64,000 nucleotides of DNA from an uncultured Pseudomonadota bacterium (GCA_963749075.1 CAVVLJ010000004.1:32001-96000), one strand, 5' to 3'; counted from the first letter of the stretch, positions 9,937-20,322 are shown. Notes: generated from the sequence alone by a model not told the origin. Numbers and translations are program-made.

Positions 9937-10040
9937 CCGTGCGCCAAGTTGGCCAACGACCGATCAACTCCGGGCGCGGCAAGAATTACATCAACATCTT
10001 GGGAAGAGCAAGTAATTTTCCACAAATTCTATGACATTTT

Positions 10041-10069
10041 CTGTAATAACTCCGCAATAAAATTGTAAC
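10041..10069 (+). promoter_or_regulatory. Putative Pho box (three heptamers at 11-bp period)
   Basis: CTGTAAT-aact-CCGCAAT-aaaa-TTGTAAC in an AT-rich divergent promoter; resembles the CTGTCAT-N4 consensus. Confidence 0.55.
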
Positions 10070-10125
10070 TTCACAAGAGCCGCCGGAAGGCTTTATTACA
10101 TGTAAGACAGAATTTTTGCCGAATC

Positions 10126-11040
10126 TTGACGAGGCTCCCCCTGTCCCCTCCCGCCGCTCCCGAGTCGCCCCGGCGACTCTACGTCATCTACAACCCCGCC
10201 GCGGGCTGGTGCCGGCGGCAGCGCTATGCGCGCGTGCTGGCACACCTGAAGCGCCTCGGCTGCCGGCTCGCGATCCGCGAGACGGCGGCGCGGGGCGATG
10301 CCGAGGCCCTTGCGCGCGCCGCCGATCCGGCGTCTTGCGACCTCGTGGTGGCGGCCGGCGGCGACGGCACCATCAACGAGGTGATCAACGGGCTCAGGGA
10401 GAGCGCCCTTCCGCTCGCCATCCTGCCGCTCGGCACGGCCAACGTGCTCGCCGCCGAGATCGGGCTCGCGGGCGGCGCCCGCGCCATCGCCGAGACGATC
10501 GCGCGGGGTGCGGTGCGCCCGGTCTTCCTCGGCAGCGCCAACGGCCGGCGCTTCGCCCTCATGGTCGGCGTCGGCTTCGACGCGCGCGTCGTCGAGGGGC
10601 TCGATTTGCGCCTCAAGAAGGCGCTCGGCAGGCTGGCCTATGCGCTCGCGGCCTTGGGCCGGCTCTGCCGCTATCGCGCCGAGCGCTACCAGGTGGAGAT
10701 CGACGGCCAGCCCTTCACCGCCGCCGCCCTCGTCATCGCCAAGGGTCATTATTACGGCGGCCGTTTCGTGGTGGCGGCCGAAGCACGGCTCGACGAGCCG
10801 CGCCTCCACGTCGCCCTCTTCGAGCGCACGGGGCGCTGGAACCTCTTGCGCTACGCCTGGGCGCTCCTCGCCGGCCGCGTCGATCGCCTGGCGGACGTGC
10901 GCATCCTGCCTGCGCACTCGGTCGCGGTCAGCGGGCGCGCCGGCGAGGCGGTGCAGGCCGACGGCGACCTCGTGGCGGCACTCCCGCTCGCGGTCACGCT
11001 CGCCGACGCACCGCTCGCCCTCGTGACTTCGGGCCGATAG
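10126..11040 (+). CDS. Diacylglycerol kinase family lipid kinase
   Basis: NPAAG, GGDGTINEVING, LPLGTAN, YYGG and QADGD motifs. Confidence 0.9.
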   Translation: MTRLPLSPPAAPESPRRLYVIYNPAAGWCRRQRYARVLAHLKRLGCRLAIRETAARGDAEALARAADPASCDLVVAAGGDGTINEVINGLRESALPLAILPLGTANVLAAEIGLAGGARAIAETIARGAVRPVFLGSANGRRFALMVGVGFDARVVEGLDLRLKKALGRLAYALAALGRLCRYRAERYQVEIDGQPFTAAALVIAKGHYYGGRFVVAAEARLDEPRLHVALFERTGRWNLLRYAWALLAGRVDRLADVRILPAHSVAVSGRAGEAVQADGDLVAALPLAVTLADAPLALVTSGR

Positions 11041-11051
11041 AGAAAGATAGA

Positions 11052-11145
11052 TTTAGCGCGGGGGACGCAGAGGTTGCGCGGAGGCCGCCGGGGAAGAATT
11101 CTTCTCCGCGTCCTCTGCGCAATCCTCGGCGTCCTCTGCGCTAAA
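11052..11145. repeat. Imperfect long inverted repeat (REP-like, GACGCAGAG/CTCTGCG units)
   Basis: TTTAGCGC...GAAGAATTCTTC...GCGCTAAA palindrome in intergenic space. Confidence 0.7.
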
Positions 11146-11212
11146 GCAATCCTTTCGTTGTCGCGACTGGCTCCGTGATAGCGTCGTGGCGGTAGCGGAA
11201 GGGGTCAAGCCG

Positions 11213-12364
11213 ATGCGACACGAAAAGTTCACGATCGACGTGCCCGAGGCGGTGCTCGACGACCTCAAGCGCAGGCTCGACGCCACGCGCTGGCCGGACG
11301 AGATCGCCAACGGGGCGTGGGAGCGCGGCACCAATCTCGCCTATCTGAAGTCGCTCGCCGCCTATTGGCGCGAGGGCTACGAGTGGCGGCGCCACGAGGC
11401 CGCGCTCAACCGGCTGCCGCAATACCGCCTGGCGCTCGACGGCCTCAAGATCCACTTCGTCCACGTGCGCGGCAAGGGGCCGCGGCCGTTGCCGCTCGTC
11501 ATCAGCCATGGCTGGCCCGGCAGCTTCGTCGAGATGGCGAAGCTCATCCCGTTGCTCGCCGATCCGGCGGCCCACGGCGGCAGCGCCGAGGACGCCTTCG
11601 ACGTGGTGGTGCCGTCGCTTCCCGGCTACGGCTTCTCCGATCCGCCGCGCGAGCCGGGCATCAACCCCAACGCGATCGCGGCCCTCTGGGTGCGGCTGAT
11701 GTCAGCACTCGGCTATGAGCGCTTCGCGGCGCAAGGCGGCGACTGGGGTGCCGCCGTCACGACGGCGCTCGGGCTCGACCACCGGGAGCGCATCGTCGGC
11801 CTCCATCTCAACTTCATCGCCGGCCGCTTCCTCCTCGGCGGCACCATCAACGAGCCCGCGGAGGACGCGCTCGCCGCCGGCTATCTCGCCGAGCTGCGCC
11901 GCTGGTGGGACAGCGAGGGCGGCTACAACCACGAGCAATCGACCAAGCCGCAGACGCTCGCATACGCGCTCAACGATTCGCCGGTCGGGCTCGCCGCCTG
12001 GATCGTCGAGAAGTTCCGCACCTGGAGCGACTGCGGCGGCGAGGTGGAGCGCGCCTTCGGCCGCGACGAGCTCTTGACCAACGTGATGATCTACTGGGTG
12101 AGCGGCACGATCGCCTCCTCGATGCAGCTCTATTACGAGTCGCGCGAGCGACCGCTCCGCCTCTCGGCCAAGAACCGCGTGGCCCCGCCAGTGGCGCTAG
12201 CACTCTTCCCCAAGGAGATTCCCCTGCCGCCGAGAGCGCTCGCCGAGCGCGGCTACAATATCCGGCGCTGGACGGTCATGCCCAAGGGCGGCCACTTCGC
12301 CGCCATGGAGCAGCCCGAACTGCTGGCCGAGGACTTGCGCGCCTTCTTCCGGCCCTTGCGCTAG
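11213..12364 (+). CDS. Epoxide hydrolase (EHN N-terminal domain + alpha/beta hydrolase)
   Basis: HGWPGS, SLPGYGFS, QGGDWG and GGHFAAMEQP motifs. Confidence 0.92.
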   Translation: MRHEKFTIDVPEAVLDDLKRRLDATRWPDEIANGAWERGTNLAYLKSLAAYWREGYEWRRHEAALNRLPQYRLALDGLKIHFVHVRGKGPRPLPLVISHGWPGSFVEMAKLIPLLADPAAHGGSAEDAFDVVVPSLPGYGFSDPPREPGINPNAIAALWVRLMSALGYERFAAQGGDWGAAVTTALGLDHRERIVGLHLNFIAGRFLLGGTINEPAEDALAAGYLAELRRWWDSEGGYNHEQSTKPQTLAYALNDSPVGLAAWIVEKFRTWSDCGGEVERAFGRDELLTNVMIYWVSGTIASSMQLYYESRERPLRLSAKNRVAPPVALALFPKEIPLPPRALAERGYNIRRWTVMPKGGHFAAMEQPELLAEDLRAFFRPLR

Positions 12365-12546
12365 GACGAGCGCGGCCGGGCGGACGTGCCCCTCGTCACC
12401 AAAGCGGGTAGATGTGCTTCTCCTCGTCCTCTTTTTCTTTTTCGACTCTGCGCCGGCGCACGAGCCGGTTGAAGAGCGCGAAGCCGGCTCCCGCGGCGAT
12501 CAGGGCAAGCAAGATCCACAGCTCCACGGCCGCTCCTCCCTCGGCT

Positions 12547-13770
12547 TTATCGCGGCGCCGGCATATTGCGCGCCGCGGCGGCCTGCACCGCCGCCTCGAC
12601 CGCCGGCAGCATGGCAGCGCTCACCACGGCGTTGCCCGCCTCGGTCAAATGGCAATAGTCAACATAGACGGGGGCGGCCTCATCGTCAAAAAGCCCGGAG
12701 AGGTCGACGGCGTCCTCAGCGCCCGCGAGGTCGGGGTGGCGGCGGAATTCGGAGGCGAGGGCCGCAGAGAGCCGCCGGCGCAGGGCGACGTCGCGCGAGC
12801 CGGTGCCTTCCCATCTTTCCTCGTCCCGGGATTTGACCTTCTTGGTAGGCAGCATCGGCTGCCAGACGAAGACCGCGCGGAAGCCGTGCACCTGCGCGAG
12901 GAGGCGCACCGCGCGGACATTCGCCGCATAGGCGTCCATCACCGCGCGCGCGAGCGGTGCAATCGCTTCCTCCGTGAGCCGCACGGGAGAGGGCCGCGGC
13001 GCCGAGGCGGGAAGGTCGAGCCCGACCCATTGGCGCAAGAGCCGCAGAGTGCGCGGCATCGCGGCGGCGAGTGCTGCGCGCGCGAGATCGCCGCGCCGCT
13101 CCTTGCTCAGCAAGGCGAACTCCGCGGCGAGGATTTCCTCGCCCATCATCGCGTCGGGCCGGCCCGTCTTTTCGGCGGTGTACATGTCGTTGACGCCGTC
13201 GTAGAAGACGGCGACATGGGGCCGCACCCCGTGCTTCAGCAATTGCTGGAGCGCTATCAGCTCTTGCGTGCTGACGTAACCGCATTGCCCTTGGTTGACG
13301 AGTGCCACGCGGTAGCCGGCCTTGCCAAGCTCTCGTTGGAGGAGGGCCGGAATGGTCCCTTGGTCGCGCGCCCCCTGGCCGAAGATGGTGGAGCCGCCGA
13401 AGCAGTGAACGCGGATCGCGTCCTCGCCTTCGGCGGCCGTGCCGGGGATCACCCGCCGTCCCTGCGCATCGATGTTGAGGGTGCTGCCGCGGTACGGCCG
13501 GTGCCGCCAATTCACGAAGGGAGCCCAGTCGAGGTGGTAGGACTTCTCCCATTCCGCAATGCAGAGCGGCGCCCAAGGTGCGCCGTCATAGGCTTCGGCG
13601 ACGGCGCCCAGGTTGGGCTTCCCGGCGCGCCCATAGCGCAGGCGGCGGCTCAAGCGCTGGAGTCCGCTCACGCCGAATTCTATGAAGAGAACCGCCAGCA
13701 GGAGAATGCCGGCCACATTCCATAGCGCGCTCAAGATGCGCAACGCAAATGCCCACGTCATGGCAGTCAT
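12547..13770 (-). CDS. SGNH/GDSL hydrolase family membrane-anchored protein
   Basis: FGGSTIFG block I, YDGVND block III, DYCH block V; N-terminal TM helix. Confidence 0.75.
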   Translation of the reverse strand: MTAMTWAFALRILSALWNVAGILLLAVLFIEFGVSGLQRLSRRLRYGRAGKPNLGAVAEAYDGAPWAPLCIAEWEKSYHLDWAPFVNWRHRPYRGSTLNIDAQGRRVIPGTAAEGEDAIRVHCFGGSTIFGQGARDQGTIPALLQRELGKAGYRVALVNQGQCGYVSTQELIALQQLLKHGVRPHVAVFYDGVNDMYTAEKTGRPDAMMGEEILAAEFALLSKERRGDLARAALAAAMPRTLRLLRQWVGLDLPASAPRPSPVRLTEEAIAPLARAVMDAYAANVRAVRLLAQVHGFRAVFVWQPMLPTKKVKSRDEERWEGTGSRDVALRRRLSAALASEFRRHPDLAGAEDAVDLSGLFDDEAAPVYVDYCHLTEAGNAVVSAAMLPAVEAAVQAAAARNMPAPR

Positions 13771-13919
13771 CCACTTGCAGCGTGCCCCCCTCGCGGGCGC
13801 AACCAGCTATGCGAAGACGGCGGGCCTAGGGCCTGAGGCCGTCGGCTCAGTCAGGCAATACTACTCGGAAAGCCGGAATCCGGAGGAGCGAAGGGTTGCG
13901 GAGGTCCCGGCCGGGCGCA

Positions 13920-15275
13920 TCAGGCCCCGGCCACGGTCATTTCGGCGATGCGCAGGGTCGGCGCATTGGCGCCATAGCGGAAGACGAGGTCGTCGGCCGC
14001 GGTTAGCGCGAGGAACATGTCCTTGAGGTTGCCCGCGATGGTGATCTCGGAGACCGGGTAGGCGAGCTCGCCGTCCTCGATCCAGAAGCCGGCAGCACCC
14101 CGGCTGTAGTCGCCGGTGACGCCGTTCACCCCGAAGCCGATGAGCTCGGTCACATAGAGGCCGCGGCCCGTCTCCTTGATGAGGGCTTGGGGCGAGAGGC
14201 TGCCGGGCTCGAGGTAGAGGTTGCTCGGCGCCGGCTCGGGCGGGGAGGAGGTGCCGCGCGCGGCGTGGCCGGTGGTCTCGAGCTTGAGCTGGCGTGCCGA
14301 GCGCAGATCGAGGAGCCAGCTCTTGAGCACGCCGTCCTCCACGAGATGGCGCTCCTTAGCCGCGATGCCCTCGCCGTCGAAGGGCCGCGAGCGCAGGCCC
14401 CGCGCGCGCAAGGGGTCGTCGGTCACGCGCATGCCGGGGGGCAGGATGCGCGCGTTGAGCTTGTCCTTGAGGAAGCTCGTGCCGCGCGCGATCGCGGTGC
14501 CGTTGATGGCCGAGCCGAGGTGGCCCAGGAGCCCGTTCGAGACACGCGGGTCGTAGATGACCGGCGCCTTGGTCGTCTTGAGCTTGCGCGGATTGAGCCG
14601 CCTCACCGCCTTTTCGCCGGCGCGCCGGCCCACGGCCTCGGGCGCTTCGAGATCCGCGCCGAAAACGGCCGAGGAGAAATCATAGTCGCGCTCCATCGCC
14701 GTGCCCTCGCCGGCGATCACCGCGACGCCGAGCCCGTGGTTCGAGCGCCGGTAGCTGCCGGCGAAGCCGTTGCTGGCGGCAAGTGCCATGCGCGTGCGCG
14801 ACCAGCCGGCTTCCGAGCCCTCGGAATTGGTGATGCCTGCTACCGCGCGCGCCGCTTCCTCGCAAGTTCGCGCGCGGGCGATCAGGGTCTCGGGCGGCGG
14901 CTCGGCATCGTCGCAGATGTCGAGCGCGGGGATGTCGCGGAGGACGCGCTCCTCGGGTGCCAGGCCGCAGAAGGGGTCCTCGGGCACCGCGCGCGCCATG
15001 GCGATGGCGCGCTCCACGAGCGCGCAGAGGGTGCCTTCGTCCTGGTCGCTCGAGGAAACGCACGCCTGGCGCCGGCCGATGAAGACGCGCAGGCCGAGAT
15101 CGCGGCTCTCGGCGCGCTCGAGCTTCTCGACGTTGCCGAGGCGCTGGGCGTGGCTGAGCGAGGCGCTCTCGACGTAGAGCGCATCGGCCGCATCGGCGCC
15201 CGCTCGTTTCGCCTTGGCGAGGAGGGTCGAGAGCAGGTCGAGGGCCTTTTCTGCGTCACGGTCGGCGGGGGGCAT
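13920..15275 (-). CDS. pmbA: Metalloprotease PmbA/TldE
   Basis: GTSFLKDKL, RPFDGEG, GDYSRGAAGFWI and EITIAGNL; lacks the HExxH of TldD. Confidence 0.9.
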   Translation of the reverse strand: MPPADRDAEKALDLLSTLLAKAKRAGADAADALYVESASLSHAQRLGNVEKLERAESRDLGLRVFIGRRQACVSSSDQDEGTLCALVERAIAMARAVPEDPFCGLAPEERVLRDIPALDICDDAEPPPETLIARARTCEEAARAVAGITNSEGSEAGWSRTRMALAASNGFAGSYRRSNHGLGVAVIAGEGTAMERDYDFSSAVFGADLEAPEAVGRRAGEKAVRRLNPRKLKTTKAPVIYDPRVSNGLLGHLGSAINGTAIARGTSFLKDKLNARILPPGMRVTDDPLRARGLRSRPFDGEGIAAKERHLVEDGVLKSWLLDLRSARQLKLETTGHAARGTSSPPEPAPSNLYLEPGSLSPQALIKETGRGLYVTELIGFGVNGVTGDYSRGAAGFWIEDGELAYPVSEITIAGNLKDMFLALTAADDLVFRYGANAPTLRIAEMTVAGA

Positions 15276-15363
15276 GGCGGGCTCCAGACTAAATGCTGCT
15301 CTTATATGGTGTGACCGCTGGCAGCTGTCATGGGTCCGATCTCAAGAGCGCCGCGCAGGTAAG

Positions 15364-15491
15364 CCTCATCCTTCGAGACGGGCCTTCGGCCCACCTCAGG
15401 ATGAGGACCGTCGTTTTCGTGTTTCGCCCCCGGGACGAAGTGCCCGGGGGAGCGTCGCGGCAGCGACGAGTCTCGAAGGAAGGGGCGAAAC
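15364..15491. repeat. REP-like composite palindrome
   Basis: CCTCATCCT...AGGATGAGG hairpin (15364-15406), GTTTCGCCCC...GGGGCGAAAC hairpin (15421-15491) and a TCCTTCGAGAC/GTCTCGAAGGA pair. Confidence 0.7.
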
Positions 15492-15513
15492 GGATGCGCC
15501 GCCCGCCAGCTTG

Positions 15514-15848
15514 TCACTTCCAGATCGGCTTGCCCGAGCCGGGGAGGCCGAGGCTCGGCCATTTCCGCGTGACCTCCTCGATGACCGCGTCCGTCATGCG
15601 GATCTTGCGGCCCCAGGTTCTGCTCGTCTCGGGCGGCCATTTGTTGGTGGCATCGAGGCCGATCTTGGAGCCGAGGCCAGACAGCGGCGAGGCGAAGTCG
15701 AGATAGTCGATCGGCGTGTTCTCGACGATGGTCACGTCGCGCGCCGGGTCCATGCGCGTGGCGATGGCCCACATGACGTCCTTCCAGTCGCGCGCGTCGA
15801 TGTCGTCGTCCACCACCACGACCCATTTCGTGTACATGAACTGGCGCA
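15514..15848 (-). pseudogene. ubiD: Duplicated 3' end of ubiD (direct repeat of 18069-18403)
   Basis: 335 bp with 13 mismatches to the intact gene end by manual alignment; no 5' part. Confidence 0.95.
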
Positions 15849-16462
15849 AGAGCGAGGGCTTTATCACGGTTCACCAAGCCATCGGTGACCTGCCGCCGGT
15901 TGAACCCGGTGGTTACGCAACCCGCTATACGCTGATGCCCATAGGCCAATACCAAGAGGCGATGCGCTTCGGTGCCCCCTCCGAGCTTGGGAACCATTAC
16001 GCGCCTCGCCTAGCACCGCAAAACCTAGAACGCATCCGCTATCTCAAACCCGGCGACGACTGGCGGACGTTGCCGCGCGAACTGCTGCCTTCCGGCATGC
16101 AGCGGGCGCTCCGGAAGGATCACACACGCCGCTTCCGGCGGATGGAGTGGGATGGCATTGCCCGGTCGATCATCACGCGTTTCCGCGACCCAAAATCTGG
16201 CGAATATATCCACCCCGAACAACATCGCACAATTTCGATCAGGGAGGCGGCGCGCATTCAATCGTTCCCCGACTGGTTCGTATTCCAAGCCAGCAACTCC
16301 GAGCAATATGAACAGATTGGCAATGCCGTACCGCCTTTGCTTGCGAAGGCCGTTGGGGTCGAACTGAAAGAAATGCTCAATTCAGAACAGCCGGAACGCC
16401 GCGAGGCCGTGAAATGCCGCTACCGCATCCCCGCAGGGCCAGTCATGCAAGTGGCGGAGTAA
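15849..16462 (+). pseudogene. 5'-truncated DNA (cytosine-5) methyltransferase
   Basis: Only the TRD and motifs IX/X remain ([42 protein letters not shown]); motifs I-VIII including catalytic PC are absent. Confidence 0.9.
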
Positions 16463-16466
16463 TTTT

Positions 16467-17589
16467 TTGGCCAAGACGAAGGTCCGAGCCCGGCATGGTA
16501 ACTATGTCAGCGAATGGTTCGGCCATCGAGTTCTATCCAATTGTTGTCTCCACAGCAGAATCATTGGACGACCAGCGGAACGAGCGATGCCCTTTTCTGA
16601 GTCAAGCAACGGGCTTAGACCGTAGTTGCATCAAGAGCGAGGCGTCGAAGGGTGTCTGTACCATCAACAGCGTCAGCAACGGGATTCGTCAAGACTGGCT
16701 TGTCTGCCCCTATCGCGCGCTCAACCCTGCGCTCGTTGGAAGCGCAGTGAAGCGACTCTTCGGCCTATCCAACTCTAGCACGCCACGGATGCTGCCGGCC
16801 GTTAACCTCGAAAAGGAGGACGAGCGGAGTGACGTTGCGCGTCGACTGGCGGCCCACGAATTGGTGTTTATCTATTTCGATTCCAAGCTTGGCGGAGAAC
16901 TGTCGATTCCGCAGACAGCGCGTTCGCCGGAGTTTTCATTCGACATGACGATCGTCGAACTGGTTCAAGTTGGCGACGTTCCACACATCGGTCGTTTCGG
17001 CATCCTGGAAATTCAAACAATGGATTTCCACGGCTCCTACAGGGCGGCGGTGCGCAATCTGCGAGAGGGCCTGCGAATGCACGGCGATCGCTTCGGAACC
17101 ACGTTAAAAGAGTACCAACACTGGCTAGGCGAAGGAGTAGAAGGACCGAACATCGCCAATGTCTTCAAGCGGACTTTCTATCAAATGATGTTCAAATTTC
17201 AGCTTGGGCAGCATAACCGCTGCGCCGGTTGCGTACTGGCGGTTCCTCAGTCGGTGTGGGATAGCTGGCAAAAGCATCTTGGTCAGCCAGAATTAACACC
17301 GGAACTCGACGGCACTTTCAGCCTGCTCACGCCGGAGCACCGGCCGGCCGACGGATTTCCGGCTTGGATTTTCGTGTTCGACACAGCTCCCGAAGAGGGA
17401 GTCACACCAAGTCAGATCACCCTTGCAAAGATGATTGGCACGGACGCACCCGCCATGTCTTATTGGGCTTTGGAGGTTGCGCCGAAAGCCGCACTGTCGA
17501 ACATTAGCTCAGAGGTCGGGCTACTTGCTGCTCTGGCGCGTCGGCTTAAGCCAATCTGGCCGGAGCTCGCCGACACAGTTACGCTTTGA
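16467..17589 (+). CDS. NotI-family restriction endonuclease (+1 frameshift near 16531)
   Basis: Four Cys (CPFL, CIKS, GVCT, WLVCPYR), EIQTMDFHGSY and EGPNIANVFKRTFYQM as in NotI (recalled). N-terminus MAKTKVRARHGNYVSEWFGHRV is in another frame and joins YPIVVST on removing one T. Confidence 0.85.
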
Positions 17590-18004
17590 CCGAGTGCGTC
17601 CGGATAGCGTCGGCTAAACTTTTCAAGATGCCCGAGTCCTTGGTCTGGCACTCCCAGATCGCGAGAATCGACCAGCCTAGCGCGGTTAGTCGGGCACGGT
17701 TCTTTGTGTCGCGTTCCCGATTGCGGGCCAATTTCGGAGACCAATATGCCGCGTTGCTTTTCACGACCCGCGCGCCATGCCGGCAATACGGGCAGCCATG
17801 CCAGAAACAGCCGTGAACGAAGACCGCAACTTTCCGAGATGGGAAGACGATGTCGGGGCAGCCGGGAAGATCACGCCGATGCAGTCGGAATCGCAGTCCA
17901 GTCCCGTGAAGATAGCGGCGGACACGCAATTCCGGTTGTGTATCCCGGCTGCGGATGGCGGCCATATTTCGACCGCGCTGATCGGGCGTGACAGTGTCGG
18001 GCAT
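17579..18004 (-). CDS. vsr: Very short patch repair endonuclease
   Basis: RNMAAIRSRDTQPE, LPGCPDIVF, FVHGCFWHG, NRERD and IWEC motifs. Confidence 0.93.
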   Translation of the reverse strand: MPDTVTPDQRGRNMAAIRSRDTQPELRVRRYLHGTGLRFRLHRRDLPGCPDIVFPSRKVAVFVHGCFWHGCPYCRHGARVVKSNAAYWSPKLARNRERDTKNRARLTALGWSILAIWECQTKDSGILKSLADAIRTHSVKA

Positions 18005-18068
18005 GGCTCCGGCGTATAGGCCAAAAAGGTCAATCGACATAATGCGCGGGCGACCTGGCGCGATACCC

Positions 18069-19577
18069 TCACTTCCAGATCGGCTTGCCCGAGCCGGGGA
18101 GGCCGAGGCTCGGCCATTTCCGCGTGACCTCCTCGATGATCGCGTCGCTCATGCGGATCTTGCGGCCCCAGGTCCGGCTCGTCTCGGGGGGCCATTTGTT
18201 GGTGGCGTCGAGCCCGATCTTGGAGCCCAGGCCCGATTGCGGCGAGGCGAAGTCGAGATAGTCGATCGGCGTGTTCTCGACGATGGTCACGTCGCGCGCC
18301 GGGTCCATGCGCGTGGCGACGGCCCACATGACGTCCTTCCAGTCGCGCGCGTCGATGTCGTCGTCCACCACCACGACCCATTTCGTGTACATGAACTGGC
18401 GCAGGTACGACCACACCCCCATCATCACCCGCTTGGCGTGGCCGGCGTAGGCCTTGCGCATCGAGACCACCGCGATGCGGTAGGAGCAGCCCTCGGGCGG
18501 CAGCCAGAAATCGACGATCTCGGGGAACTGCTGCTGGAGGAGCGGGATGAAGACCTCGTTGAGCGCTGCGCCCAGGACCGAGGGCTCGTCGGGCGGCCGG
18601 CCGGTGAAGGTCGAGAGATAGATGGGCTCCTGCCGCATGGTGATGGCGCTCACGGTGAAGACGGGGAAGCGCTCGACCGCGTTGTAATAGCCGGTGTGGT
18701 CGCCGTAGGGGCCCTCCTCGCCGTAATCCTCGCGCGAGACGTGGCCCTCGAGCACGATCTCGGCCGCGGCCGGCACCTTGAGCGGTACGGTGCGGCAGGG
18801 CACGAGCTCGACCTTCTGCCCGCGCAGCAGGCCCGCGAACTGGTACTCGCTCAAGGTGTCGGGGACCGGCGTCACGGCGGCGAGGATGGTGCCCGGATCG
18901 GCGCCGATGACGGCGGCGGCGGGGAACGGCTCCGCCCGCTCGGCCGTCCAGCGTGCGTGGTGCTGCGCGCCGCCGCGCTGCTTGAGCCAGCGCATGAGGG
19001 TGGTGTTGCGACCGGTTACCTGCATGCGGTAGATGCCGAGATTGTAATCGTCCTCGCGGCGCGTGCCCGGCCCCTTGGTCACCACGAGCGGCCAGGTGAT
19101 GAGCGGCGCCGGCTCGCCCGGCCAGCAGGTCTGCACGGGGAGGAGCGCGAGGTCGACGGACGAGCCCTCGAGCACCTCCTCCTGGCAGGGCGCCTTGGCC
19201 ACGGTGCGCGGCTTCATCGCCATCACCTTCCTGAGGAGCGGCAGGAGCTCGAGGGCCTCGCGCCAGCCGCCCGGCGGCTCGGGCTGGCGCAGGAAGGCGA
19301 GCGTCTCGCCGACTTCGCGCAAACCCCCGGGCTCGCGGTCCATGCCCCAGGCGACGCGCTCGACCGTGCCGAAGAGGTTGACGAGCACCGGCATGGCGTG
19401 GCGCTGCCCGTCGGGACGCAGCACGTGCTCGAAGAGTGCCGCGGGTCCGCCCTCGGCCAGGAGGCGCGTCTGGATCTCGGTCATCTCGAGGACGGGGGAG
19501 ACGGGTGCTGCCACGCGCGCGAGCCGACCGGCACCCTCGAGCCGGGCCATGAAGTCGCGGAGCGAGCCATAGGGCAT
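18069..19577 (-). CDS. ubiD: UbiD family decarboxylase
   Basis: [27 protein letters not shown] and YLDFASP; start at MPYGSLRDF. Confidence 0.95.
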   Translation of the reverse strand: MPYGSLRDFMARLEGAGRLARVAAPVSPVLEMTEIQTRLLAEGGPAALFEHVLRPDGQRHAMPVLVNLFGTVERVAWGMDREPGGLREVGETLAFLRQPEPPGGWREALELLPLLRKVMAMKPRTVAKAPCQEEVLEGSSVDLALLPVQTCWPGEPAPLITWPLVVTKGPGTRREDDYNLGIYRMQVTGRNTTLMRWLKQRGGAQHHARWTAERAEPFPAAAVIGADPGTILAAVTPVPDTLSEYQFAGLLRGQKVELVPCRTVPLKVPAAAEIVLEGHVSREDYGEEGPYGDHTGYYNAVERFPVFTVSAITMRQEPIYLSTFTGRPPDEPSVLGAALNEVFIPLLQQQFPEIVDFWLPPEGCSYRIAVVSMRKAYAGHAKRVMMGVWSYLRQFMYTKWVVVVDDDIDARDWKDVMWAVATRMDPARDVTIVENTPIDYLDFASPQSGLGSKIGLDATNKWPPETSRTWGRKIRMSDAIIEEVTRKWPSLGLPGSGKPIWK

Positions 19578-19833
19578 GGGCGCCGGACTATGCGCGCTCG
19601 GCGGGGAGCATGACGGCGACGAGCGCGAAGATACCGTCTCCCGAGAATGCCATCGCTGCCAGCGCCTCCCCGCGGCGCCGCCCGTGGCGGCGTCCAAGTT
19701 GCGGCGCGAGGATACCCCAGGACCTCCATCTTGTCGCCCGCCGCCGAGCGATCGGCCGGCCGCAAAGCAATGGCCTCTGCCCTCGGAAAGGGGCAGGATT
19801 GTCTCCTTGCCGGCCTAAGCGCGGGAGGGGAAC

Positions 19834-20322
19834 ATGCCGTCACGAAGAGCTCTTTGCGCCGCCGCGGTGCTCGCCTGCCTCGCGGGGACGGCGCTCGCGG
19901 CGGACTCCGGACTGGTGCGCTTCCCCACGGGCTATCGGCACTGGTACCTCGACCATTCGAGCGCCACGCTTCCTGGCCACACGCCCGAGAACGAGGTCGG
20001 CATCGCCAACGTCTATGCCAATGCCCTGGCGCTCAAGGGCCTAGAGAGCGGCAAGTACGCCGATGGCTCGGTCTTCGTCATCGACCGCTTCGAGCTCGTC
20101 GAGGACAGCGCCAACAAGACCCTCACGGAAGGCGCGCGCAAGGCGCTGGTGGTCATGCAGCGCGACCAGAAGCGCCACAAGGACACCGGCGGCTGGGGCT
20201 TCGAGGCCTTCATCGGCGGCGACCCGACGAAGCGGGTGGTGACGGACGGCGGCAAGTTCTGCTTCACCTGCCATGCCCCGCTCGCCGCCAACAGCTACCT
20301 CTTCACCAAGCTGCATCCGTGA
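19834..20322 (+). CDS. Cytochrome P460/c'-beta family protein
   Basis: Signal peptide, FPTGYRHW, VYAN, DTGGWGFEAF and C-terminal CFTCH. Confidence 0.8.
   Translation: MPSRRALCAAAVLACLAGTALAADSGLVRFPTGYRHWYLDHSSATLPGHTPENEVGIANVYANALALKGLESGKYADGSVFVIDRFELVEDSANKTLTEGARKALVVMQRDQKRHKDTGGWGFEAFIGGDPTKRVVTDGGKFCFTCHAPLAANSYLFTKLHP

Noticed and set aside
15716-16462. 248-aa ORF as a complete methyltransferase
   Set aside because: Its first ~45 codons are the antisense of the ubiD duplicate, and the catalytic and SAM-binding motifs are missing.
15514-18403. ubiD repeat pair as a diversity-generating retroelement TR/VR
   Set aside because: Mismatches are not adenine-specific, many are synonymous, and no reverse transcriptase is present.
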